A stretch of DNA of 35,276 nt from a virus (Duplodnaviria > Caudoviricetes). Every line of letters begins with the position of its first letter. Positions within the stretch are counted from its first letter, which is position 1. The position numbers were made by a program, and so were the translations under genes. The notes below the pieces were generated by a model. The model was not told where the DNA came from, made no database searches, and saw only the letters and a program-made list of their open reading frames with translations. Of the stretch, positions 1-7,657 are shown piece by piece. The DNA lies in the IMG/VR virus record IMGVR_UViG_3300010366_000030, positions 1 through 35,276 of that record. The stretch is one strand, 5' to 3'.

Positions 1-242
1 GTGCCCCACCACTCTTCGTGGTAATCACGCCTTCCATTGGGAAGGGTGGTCACGTTGCCTTTACGTGACCGGCGCTTTGTGCCAGCCCTACCAGTGAAGG
101 CACCTTTGCTCAGGCCGGTACCGTCCACCCACTCAAGCTTGCCAGGTGCGGTTCTCACCAGCACTTTACCAGCGCCACCTTTACTAGGGGCGCTTTTGGG
201 ATCGTTGTCCCACTGGCGAAACCTGATCTGCTGCTTTGCCAT
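1..242 (-). CDS. Hypothetical basic protein, runs off the left window edge
   Basis: Not in the ORF track. ATG at 242 on the minus strand is preceded by GGGAGTGTGGAGA. It reads MAKQQIRFRQWDNDPKSAPSKGGAGKVLVRTAPGKLEWVDG... and stays open to position 1. Confidence 0.7.
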   Translation of the reverse strand, partial: MAKQQIRFRQWDNDPKSAPSKGGAGKVLVRTAPGKLEWVDGTGLSKGAFTGRAGTKRRSRKGNVTTLPNGRRDYHEEWWG

Positions 243-276
243 TCTCCACACTCCCTGTGCGGTAGTTGTTCACTGA

Positions 277-327
277 CCCCCGCTCAACGTGTACACACTG
301 TGCCACACGTGGCAGGGGGGCAAATGT
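277..327 (-). promoter_or_regulatory. Repeat copy A, putative leftward promoter
   Basis: Minus strand reads ACATTTGCCCCC-N13-CACAGTGT. Its conserved blocks match 659-708 closely and the spacing matches 441-473. Confidence 0.5.
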
Positions 328-336
328 TAAGGACTT

Positions 337-435
337 GTGTGCCGCAAGACGCAAGACTTATCGCATGTGCGACCACGTGCCCTGCTGTATCCAGGTGGAC
401 TTACCGTGGGCTTCGTCTTGCGTCTTGCGCCACAC
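337..435. repeat. 21-bp inverted repeat with one mismatch
   Basis: GTGTGCCGCAAGACGCAAGAC (337-357) pairs with GTCTTGCGTCTTGCGCCACAC (415-435). Each arm carries a tandem GCAAGAC. Confidence 0.85.
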
Positions 436-440
436 TCCTC

Positions 441-473
441 ACACAGTAGCCTGCCGGGTGAGGGGGCAAATGT
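441..473 (-). promoter_or_regulatory. Repeat copy B, putative leftward promoter with TANNNT -10
   Basis: Minus strand reads ACATTTGCCCCC-N13-TACTGTGT, the same 33-bp span as copies A and C. Confidence 0.5.
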
Positions 474-486
474 AAAGATGTGCTCA

Positions 487-529
487 CACAATGATTGACG
501 CCCACAATGATTGACGTGCTCAATGATTG
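487..529. repeat. Three CAATGATTG palindromes at 16-bp period (operator- or iteron-like)
   Basis: CAATGATTG at 489, 505 and 521. The first two extend to CACAATGATTGACG. Confidence 0.8.
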
Positions 530-619
530 GGGGTGTCAACGATCACACGCCGTGTGGCGTACCTAGGCAATGCCTAGGCACAAATCGCCACTAGTCCACG
601 TGTGACTAATGAACCGTCA

Positions 620-637
620 ATCCCCCATATGGGGGAT
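620..637. repeat. Perfect 18-bp palindrome
   Basis: ATCCCCCATATGGGGGAT is its own reverse complement. Confidence 0.85.
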
Positions 638-658
638 CTGTGTGCCCGCTGCGCTGTG

Positions 659-708
659 CCCCGCTCAACGTGTGAACACTGTGCCACAGCCAAAAGGGGG
701 GCAAATGT
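659..708 (-). promoter_or_regulatory. Repeat copy C, putative leftward promoter
   Basis: CCCCGCTCAACGTGT..ACACTGTGCCACA...GGGGGGCAAATGT is shared with copy A, with a divergent middle spacer. Confidence 0.5.
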
Positions 709-822
709 ATGGAATCGATTATGAGGCGAAAACCCCTACGTGTGAGAAACACTGTGTGCCGTGTGCTCTCATGGCTGCGGCGGGCAAACCGTGTCCGCCA
801 CACACGACACACAGGAGAAACC

Positions 823-1830
823 ATGAGACTCGGAACGATCATCACCCGGCACCTGATCATCGTGGGGCACGTGCTGACCCCACAGCGCAAATGGGTCACG
901 GCGGCTGTGCCGCATCCCTCGAACCTGTGGCGGAAGGCACGCCGCATCACCACGCAGCCCCGCCGCGTGTGGCTGCCGGGTGAGCACGCCGCGCTGTGTG
1001 CCACACGGGAGGCACAGCGGGAGGCACAGCGCCGCGTGTGGCTGCGGAGGGTCATCACGTGGGTCAGCCGCCCGCAGCCCGTCAGCGGGGCTGTGAAGCC
1101 CGCACAGCCCGTGCTGACGTACAGCACGCGCTACGGGCTGCGGCTGGCTGTGTCTGAGCGGGCTGCGGCTGCGGCGGCTGAGCGTGACGCACGTGAGAAT
1201 GGCACGCTCGGCAATCACACGCAGCGCAACCTGACGCGGGCTGAGCGGGCACGTCAGCGGTACCTCGCATCACTGACTGACGCTGAGCGGGCTGCGCTGG
1301 ACGCGCTGACCCCTGAGGATGCCGCTGCGCTGACTGAGGCATACGACACGGCACAGGCTGCGCTGACTGGCTACGACCCGCAGCCGTGGCGCGGCATGGT
1401 GCCCGCACGGGAGGCACGGGTCAGCCCCCGTGGCGCTGACGCGCCAGGTCAGCGCGGCACAGCCAGCCGGGTCAGTGTCCGTGACGCACACGCCGCACAG
1501 GCTGAGGATGAGCACGGGCTGACCGCAACGACTGACCGGCCGCTGCGGCTGCGGGTGAATGATGACCCGACCATGACACAGCGCGTGCTGACCGCTGAGT
1601 ACCGCGCGCTGCTGGCTGACGTGCCGATGGCTGAGCGGCTGCTGTGGCTGACTCAGGTGCCCGCATCAGCCTACGTCAGCGCCACGGTGCCTGTGCCTGA
1701 GCGGGCTGAGCCTGTGCGGGTCAGCCACACGCACCCGGCACACGCTGCGGCGGCTGCTGACGCACAGGCTGCGCGTGTGGCGCTGCTGGCTCAGGTCACC
1801 ACGCACACGGCTGCTGACGTCAGCGCGTAG
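823..1830 (+). CDS. Orphan Ala/Arg-rich protein (335 aa), Phe-free, TT-free gene
   Basis: The track ORF is 709-1830. The best start is ATG 823 after AGGAGAAACC. A terminator follows. No family recognised. Confidence 0.6.
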   Translation: MRLGTIITRHLIIVGHVLTPQRKWVTAAVPHPSNLWRKARRITTQPRRVWLPGEHAALCATREAQREAQRRVWLRRVITWVSRPQPVSGAVKPAQPVLTYSTRYGLRLAVSERAAAAAAERDARENGTLGNHTQRNLTRAERARQRYLASLTDAERAALDALTPEDAAALTEAYDTAQAALTGYDPQPWRGMVPAREARVSPRGADAPGQRGTASRVSVRDAHAAQAEDEHGLTATTDRPLRLRVNDDPTMTQRVLTAEYRALLADVPMAERLLWLTQVPASAYVSATVPVPERAEPVRVSHTHPAHAAAAADAQAARVALLAQVTTHTAADVSA

Positions 1831-1844
1831 CGCGCACGGCACAC

Positions 1845-1883
1845 GGGGGCACAGTCACAAGGGACTGTGCCCCCTAATTTTAT
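1845..1883 (+). terminator. Rho-independent terminator
   Basis: 12-bp perfect stem GGGGGCACAGTC / GACTGTGCCCCC with a 6-nt loop, followed by TAATTTTAT. Confidence 0.8.
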
Positions 1884-2157
1884 GCCCACCAGGACAACTA
1901 TTGGTTTGTGTGTACCGATCAAAAATGACCTTTAAAATAGGCCCTATGTGGTTTTGCAGCCCTACATGCCACATGTGCCCTACCTTGTGTCTCATCGAAA
2001 AGCCAGTCGAACAAGGGTTCCCACTGAGTGACGCTGCTAGACTTGGAGGCGCTGAGGGACGCCCTCTGCCCGCGTGTCGGCCTCCGAGAGGTCGGCCCAG
2101 GCCCGAGGCTGTCCGAGCCAGGAAGCCGAGAGAAGGGCTTACACAAGGCCACATAAG

Positions 2158-2565
2158 ATGGATACCCACAACCCACAAACACCAGATGAATCCGAAGACA
2201 ACCAGCTTTCCTTCGGACCCACAGACGACCAGCTAGCCAAAGAACTCAGGGACTACGCAAAGGCACTTCGCCAGGAGTTCGCACGGGAGACAGAGGAAGA
2301 GAACTCCACACGTGACCTCGAAGACCCTGTGTCAAACGTGGAGAAGTACACACGTCAGTTCTTCCGTCAGAATCTCCCTGACGCTGCTGCACAGATCGTG
2401 TGGCTGTCGTGTAACAGCTCATCCGATAGTGTGCGCTTGCGTGCGTGTCAAATCATCATCAAGGAAGCCTTGGAGGATGCACGCCAGGAAGGCGATCCCA
2501 TCAAGGACATCCTCAACGACCTCAAGAAGTTGCCCACAGTGGCAGACAACCTACCAAATAACTAA
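2158..2565 (+). CDS. Putative terminase small subunit
   Basis: Helical 135-aa protein upstream of terL with an SDSVRLRACQII motif typical of small-terminase-like proteins. Start chosen at ATG 2158; the frame is open from 2074. Confidence 0.5.
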   Translation: MDTHNPQTPDESEDNQLSFGPTDDQLAKELRDYAKALRQEFARETEEENSTRDLEDPVSNVEKYTRQFFRQNLPDAAAQIVWLSCNSSSDSVRLRACQIIIKEALEDARQEGDPIKDILNDLKKLPTVADNLPNN

Positions 2566-2588
2566 CCCATCCAACTGAGGGAGCCAAC

Positions 2589-2738
2589 ATGAACCGTGGA
2601 GTGACGGAGAACGAGGGAAATGAGCCAGAGGAAGCAGCAGAAGACACAGAGGCCGCAGAGGCCGAAGACACAGAGGCCACCGAAGACGGGGACGAAGCGA
2701 GCGAGGACACAGACACAGACGGCGACGAGGCAAGCTGA
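2589..2738 (+). CDS. Small highly acidic protein (49 aa)
   Basis: Below the track cutoff. RBS GAGGGAG. Sequence MNRGVTENEGNEPEEAAEDTEAAEAEDTEATEDGDEASEDTDTDGDEAS. Confidence 0.6.
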   Translation: MNRGVTENEGNEPEEAAEDTEAAEAEDTEATEDGDEASEDTDTDGDEAS

Positions 2739-2812
2739 GCACAACAGCTTGGTTACTCCTAGTAACCCTCATCCTCATAATCCTGTACATGCTGGGTAGG
2801 AACCAAAAATAA
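2735..2812 (+). CDS. Possible 25-aa single-pass membrane peptide (CTG start)
   Basis: CTGA overlaps the upstream stop. Reads (M)STTAWLLLVTLILIILYMLGRNQK and ends 3 nt before the terL ATG. Confidence 0.3.
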   Translation: MSTTAWLLLVTLILIILYMLGRNQK

Positions 2813-2815
2813 CCT

Positions 2816-4285
2816 ATGCCAGCCAAGGCAGGAGCAGAGCCAGGTATCTCAGATGAAGCTCTCTACCAAAAAGTGGGCTTTAGCCCGCATTCATCGGGAC
2901 AAAGAGCATACCTGTTCAGCAAAAAGCGATTCAATGTGCCCTGTTGTGGACGACGATGGGGCAAATCGCAAGCAGCCGGACACCGAATGACGTACAAGTC
3001 CTTCATTCCAGACAGTATCAACTGGATCGTAGGGACAACATATCGAATTGGTGAGAAAGAGTTTCGAGTTGTGTGGGATGATTACATGAATCTCGATATT
3101 CTGAAATACTGTAAGAAGGCATACAGTATGCACCAGGGAGATATGTACATCAAGACACCGTGGAACTCAGTCGTCATGGTCGTATCCGCAGACAACCCTG
3201 ACACACTCCTAGGTGAAGGGTTGTCTCACGTCATCATGAGTGAGACAGCACGTCACAACGTGTCCACGTGGGAACAGTACATCGAGCCTGCCCTGAGTGA
3301 CTTGAAGGGTTCAGCCGACTTCCCAAGTACGCCTCAGGGTTTCAACTGGTACCACGGTCTGTGGATGATGGGCCAGATTGCCACCATCGCACCACCCACA
3401 CCCTCCCATGATGAGAAGTGGAACTTCGCGCAAGACTACTCGTCGTGGCAGTTCCCCACGTGGGAGAATCTAGTGAGGTTCCCAGGTGGATACGACGATC
3501 CTGAGATCCAGCGGGTAAAGCGCACGGTATCCCCGCTGTGGTTCGACCAGGAATATGGAGCCATGTTCACATCCATGTCTGGTTCCATCTACGACGAGTG
3601 GGACGAGAAGCGTCACGTGATCGACAGTTACGACTTCAATCCCCTGTTGCCCAACTTCCTGGCCTTCGACTACGGATTCGCCAATCCCACCGTGTGTCTC
3701 GACATCCAGGTAGACACCACAAAAAATCCGCCTGTGGCAACTGTGTGGCGTGAGTATTACGCCTCGCAGCTTAGCACGCCTCAGAACGCACACAACATCA
3801 AGAACCGTCCGCAGCCCAAGGAGTACAGGGTAGATGGTATGTGGGGCGACCCACGTGGCGCAGACGAAGAGGCCATCTACTCTCAGTACCTTGGCTACGG
3901 GTACGTCCAGTCGCAAGACGTAAGGTGGAAGTTGGCAGTCGAGCAGACCAAGCGCATGTTGGCTGCCAAACCCACACAACTCCGTGTCCACCGTTCATGT
4001 GAGAAGCTCATCAAGCAGATGTCGAACTTGCACGTGAAGGAGCAGGGCAAGAACGCCAAGTTCGATCTGCAAGAGATGTCTCTCGGTGGTGACGGGAACA
4101 TCCAGCACAAGGTGGAAGACCACGCACCCGATGCTCTCCGTTACTTCATCGGTCCCTACTTCGTGCTAGGCAACAACATGTCTCTCGCAGATGTCTATGG
4201 CAACACGTACGTAGGCAGTGAGTCACATGAGTTCCTCTCCATGCAAACGGGTGTAACCCTCGATGATCTGGTGACGTTGGGTTGA
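2816..4285 (+). CDS. terL: Terminase large subunit
   Basis: Walker A CGRRWGKS, LLGEGL, Walker B-like HVIMSE, STPQGFNW, and nuclease motifs DYGFANP and DHAPDALRY. Confidence 0.95.
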   Translation: MPAKAGAEPGISDEALYQKVGFSPHSSGQRAYLFSKKRFNVPCCGRRWGKSQAAGHRMTYKSFIPDSINWIVGTTYRIGEKEFRVVWDDYMNLDILKYCKKAYSMHQGDMYIKTPWNSVVMVVSADNPDTLLGEGLSHVIMSETARHNVSTWEQYIEPALSDLKGSADFPSTPQGFNWYHGLWMMGQIATIAPPTPSHDEKWNFAQDYSSWQFPTWENLVRFPGGYDDPEIQRVKRTVSPLWFDQEYGAMFTSMSGSIYDEWDEKRHVIDSYDFNPLLPNFLAFDYGFANPTVCLDIQVDTTKNPPVATVWREYYASQLSTPQNAHNIKNRPQPKEYRVDGMWGDPRGADEEAIYSQYLGYGYVQSQDVRWKLAVEQTKRMLAAKPTQLRVHRSCEKLIKQMSNLHVKEQGKNAKFDLQEMSLGGDGNIQHKVEDHAPDALRYFIGPYFVLGNNMSLADVYGNTYVGSESHEFLSMQTGVTLDDLVTLG

Positions 4286-5781
4286 ACATCCCACTTGGCA
4301 GACGTAACAAGGCGAAGGAAGTAGCGGGTGGTGCCGCGCGCAAGGTAGGCAGGACACAGAAGGGCACCACTTATGTGGCTGGTAAGACTGCACTGGCTGA
4401 TATTCCGCGTCCACAACTGGATTCGGAACTTGGCTCCAGTCAGCCAGTGCAGATTCGTGAGTTTGTCCCTGAACTCACATCGTCTTACCAGCGTCAGCAG
4501 GCGTACGCACGTATGATGACTGACGCAGGTGTGGATGTCTCCGTCCGCATCGTGAAGACTCCCGTGTTGGGTGCTGAGTTCTTTGTCGAGCCTTACTCGG
4601 ATGATCCGCTTGACGTGTTGATCGCGGACTTCGTGTGGGAAAACCTAGCGCAAGGTATGAGTGCTCCGTTCATCAATGCACTAGAAGACATCCTCACATT
4701 CTACGAAGATGGCTTCTCTGTGCTTGAGAAGGTCTACGAGAATAGGCAGTGGTCGCCGTCAGCCAAGGGTGCGAACTCTCGCGTGTACACCATGTTGAAG
4801 AAGCTAGCCCCCCGCCCCGCTGGGACCATCAAAAGTATCGAATACGATAACAATGGTGGTCCCAGTAAAATAACGCAGACGGCCATCTTGCCTGGTGGTA
4901 ACACCAAAGACGTGACAATGGACATCAGCAAATGCATGATCTTCACGTTTAAGAAGCGTGGAGGTGACTTGATGGGCAAGTCCATCCTGCGGACAGCCTA
5001 TTCACACTGGTACTACAAGACACATCTGTACAAAATCGACGCTATCCAAAAAGAACGTCACGGCATTGGTGTCCCACGCGGAAAGATGCTCCAGGGCGCT
5101 AACGCCAGTGACAAGGAGTTCTTGCGGACCATGCTGAGGAACCTACGAACGAATGAAGAGTCGTTCATCATCGAGGTTCCCAACATCGAAGTCGATTTCG
5201 TAGAGCTGTCGGCCATGCCAGTAGATGTCATCCAGTCGGCTGAGCATCACAACGCCATGATCCTGCTGAATGTGATGGCACAGTTCATGGTATTGGGTCT
5301 ACAAGGTAGCTCTGGTGGCTCACGTGCTGTAGCTGGCTCAGGTACAGACCTCTTCATGAAGGCCAACAAGTACGTAGCCAACTACATCTGTCAGGTACTC
5401 AACATGTACTTGGTGCCTGAGCTTGTCGTGTGGAACTTCCCCACGAATAACTTCCCCTTACTTCGTGTGAGAAACATCGGGGAAACCAGAGACTTGCAGA
5501 TGTTCGGTGCAGCCCTCTCCAACCTCTTCTCGCAACAGGCTCTTACGCCTGATCTACCCACAGAGAATTGGGTACGCGATGTCTTTGACATGCCACACAA
5601 GCAAGAGGGTGCAGCAGCTACTCAAGCCACTCAGCCAGGACAAGCTACTAATGGCTCCACCCCTTCTGTGCAGGGTTTTCAACCGGGGGGCGGCGGAAAT
5701 GGCTCAGGCAACAAAGGTGGGATAGATCCGAACGCGATCAAAACGGGAAACGTAGGCAAGCCACCCAACGCACCACAGTGA
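4282..5781 (+). CDS. Portal protein (Mu gp29/DUF935-like)
   Basis: Follows terL with a TTGA overlap. Motifs GFSVLEKVY, GKSILRTAYSHWYYK, ERHGIGVP, GGSRA. Confidence 0.9.
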   Translation: MNIPLGRRNKAKEVAGGAARKVGRTQKGTTYVAGKTALADIPRPQLDSELGSSQPVQIREFVPELTSSYQRQQAYARMMTDAGVDVSVRIVKTPVLGAEFFVEPYSDDPLDVLIADFVWENLAQGMSAPFINALEDILTFYEDGFSVLEKVYENRQWSPSAKGANSRVYTMLKKLAPRPAGTIKSIEYDNNGGPSKITQTAILPGGNTKDVTMDISKCMIFTFKKRGGDLMGKSILRTAYSHWYYKTHLYKIDAIQKERHGIGVPRGKMLQGANASDKEFLRTMLRNLRTNEESFIIEVPNIEVDFVELSAMPVDVIQSAEHHNAMILLNVMAQFMVLGLQGSSGGSRAVAGSGTDLFMKANKYVANYICQVLNMYLVPELVVWNFPTNNFPLLRVRNIGETRDLQMFGAALSNLFSQQALTPDLPTENWVRDVFDMPHKQEGAAATQATQPGQATNGSTPSVQGFQPGGGGNGSGNKGGIDPNAIKTGNVGKPPNAPQ

Positions 5782-5787
5782 GGTGAA

Positions 5788-6021
5788 ATGCCAACAGCAA
5801 CACTTACACGTGTACCACGTGCAAGAATCACGAAGGGCATGTACTTCGTGGACAACAGAACTCTTCGTCTGTACTGCGTCTTGGGATTCAGGTCGAATCG
5901 CACGAAGATGATCTTCGAGAACTGCCGCACAGGCAAAGAGTTTGAAATCCGTGTGGACTGTTTCAACGACAGATTCAGTGAGGGGGTGAAAATCGTAAAT
6001 GCTAGAAGCAGCAGTAGTTGA
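5788..6021 (+). CDS. Hypothetical protein
   Basis: RBS GAGGTG; fills the gap between portal and protease. Confidence 0.6.
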   Translation: MPTATLTRVPRARITKGMYFVDNRTLRLYCVLGFRSNRTKMIFENCRTGKEFEIRVDCFNDRFSEGVKIVNARSSSS

Positions 6022-7642
6022 GGCTCCGGTTGTTAATGGAGATGGTTCTGTGTGGATCGAGGCACTACCTGCTCGTATCTATCACACACCGCAGTACGGG
6101 CCTGTCTCTGTCTCACCGGAGAACCTGCGTAACATGGTTGCCAACTTCGAGTCCAACGTCCGTGGTCAGGACGTAGCCATGAACTTCGATCATGGCATGG
6201 ATCGTGCGAAGGGCAACGCGGCGTCTGGATGGTTCCGTAAGTTGGAAGTCCGTCCTAGCTCAGGTGATCCAACACTCCCTAGCTTGTACATCCTAGCTGA
6301 CCTCACTGACGAGGCCAAGGCGGAAGTCAAGGACAAGAAGTGGAAATACTTCTCGTTGGAGTGGGATGACGAGTGGATGGACAATCAGGGCCAGATGCAC
6401 AGGGATGTTGTGATTGGTGGTGCTCTCACGAACAAGCCCATTGCCAAGAACATCATGCCTATCAACTTCAGTGAAGCTCTGTGGGACTCACTGGACTACG
6501 ACACAAAGAAGATGTTTGCTGTGTGGTCAACAGCTTTCGTCAACGATCTACCCGATGGCTCTTTCTTGTACATCGAGCCTGGTGGTAGCAAGGACGGCGA
6601 AGGTAAGACCAAGCCACGTAGCAAGCGTCACTTCCCGTACAAGGATGGGAGTGGCAAGATCGACCTGCCTCACCTGAGAAACGCGATTGCCCGCATCCCA
6701 CAGGCAGGCACATGGCTGAGTGAATCGGCCAAGTCCTCGCTTCAATCGCGTGCAAGGCGTCTGTTGTCAGCAAACTCCAAAGCACTGAGTGAAGAGGTAC
6801 GTGGAGCGATGGAGCTACTGACAGCAGAGGGGTACGACGTAATTGATGAAAGCAAAGAGTGGGAACATTCCGCACCTGGCACAGGTAATCCACCTCAACC
6901 GCGCACGGATGAGGATGGTTCTGATGACATCGCTATCCAAGAGGGATGGCGTGTGGAAACTCCCGCTATCGAGAGGCCGGAGACACCCAAGTTCGAGGAC
7001 AGTGCGAAGGGAGGTAACGGTAAGTTGACACCTGAACAGGAGAGTGAGCTGAGAAAGGCTCTTGGGATCGCTGACGATGGTGACATCGTGGAGGCTGTGA
7101 AGTTGCAGTCTGGTGAGATCACCGAGTTGCGTCGCAATGCTGACGCAATCACCCAGGAGAAGAAGTTCGCAGAAGAGTACCCTGCGTATTGGGGTGAGCA
7201 TCAGAAGCTCATGCAGCGTGATCGTCAGACCTCTGCACGTGCATTCAGTGAGTCCGTGTCCCGCGTTCGTAAGGCAGAGGGATATGGTCTGCGTGAGACG
7301 GCTAAGGGTCTGAGCGTCATGGCTCTCAGCAAGATCAACGATCTGCACTTGCATTTCGCAGAGGGCACAGCAACGCAGGAAGAGTTCGAGGAGTGCATCC
7401 GCACTATCGTCAATGGTGGCATCGTAGAGTTCGGTGAGGTCGGGTCTTCGTCTATCGAGGACGTGCCGCTCATCGACACAAGCTCTGCAAATGGCATCGT
7501 TGCCGCACGCAAGCTGTTCGCAGAAGTCATCCAGAAGATCCAGGCAGACAATCCAGAGTGGGATTACCTCAAGTGCATGGCCGAGGCTGGCAAGAAGCAC
7601 CCGGATCTTGCAGAGGCGTACCAAGTCCCCATCGCTGGCTAA
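5999..7642 (+). CDS. Prohead protease/scaffold (Mu-like protease) with inserted domain
   Basis: NFDH, AASGWF, WKYFSLEW and GGALTNKPI motifs of Mu-type I proteases; C-terminal helical scaffold-like region. Confidence 0.85.
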   Translation: MLEAAVVEAPVVNGDGSVWIEALPARIYHTPQYGPVSVSPENLRNMVANFESNVRGQDVAMNFDHGMDRAKGNAASGWFRKLEVRPSSGDPTLPSLYILADLTDEAKAEVKDKKWKYFSLEWDDEWMDNQGQMHRDVVIGGALTNKPIAKNIMPINFSEALWDSLDYDTKKMFAVWSTAFVNDLPDGSFLYIEPGGSKDGEGKTKPRSKRHFPYKDGSGKIDLPHLRNAIARIPQAGTWLSESAKSSLQSRARRLLSANSKALSEEVRGAMELLTAEGYDVIDESKEWEHSAPGTGNPPQPRTDEDGSDDIAIQEGWRVETPAIERPETPKFEDSAKGGNGKLTPEQESELRKALGIADDGDIVEAVKLQSGEITELRRNADAITQEKKFAEEYPAYWGEHQKLMQRDRQTSARAFSESVSRVRKAEGYGLRETAKGLSVMALSKINDLHLHFAEGTATQEEFEECIRTIVNGGIVEFGEVGSSSIEDVPLIDTSSANGIVAARKLFAEVIQKIQADNPEWDYLKCMAEAGKKHPDLAEAYQVPIAG

Positions 7643-7657
7643 AGGAGGTGAGAGTAG

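Noticed and set aside
37-276. Plus-strand 79-aa ORF
   Set aside because: Antisense shadow of the RBS-supported minus-strand gene starting at 242.
277-708. CRISPR or mini-array reading of the repeats
   Set aside because: Only three bipartite copies with long unequal gaps and variable middles, and no cas genes; a promoter-like architecture fits better.
606-1666. Several minus-strand and alternative-frame ORFs over the orphan gene
   Set aside because: Expected where TTA and CTA are nearly absent; no RBS support and low-complexity products.
2620-2799. Basic 59-aa alternative frame over the acidic peptide
   Set aside because: The SD is only about 2 nt from the ATG; the acidic frame has the properly spaced RBS.
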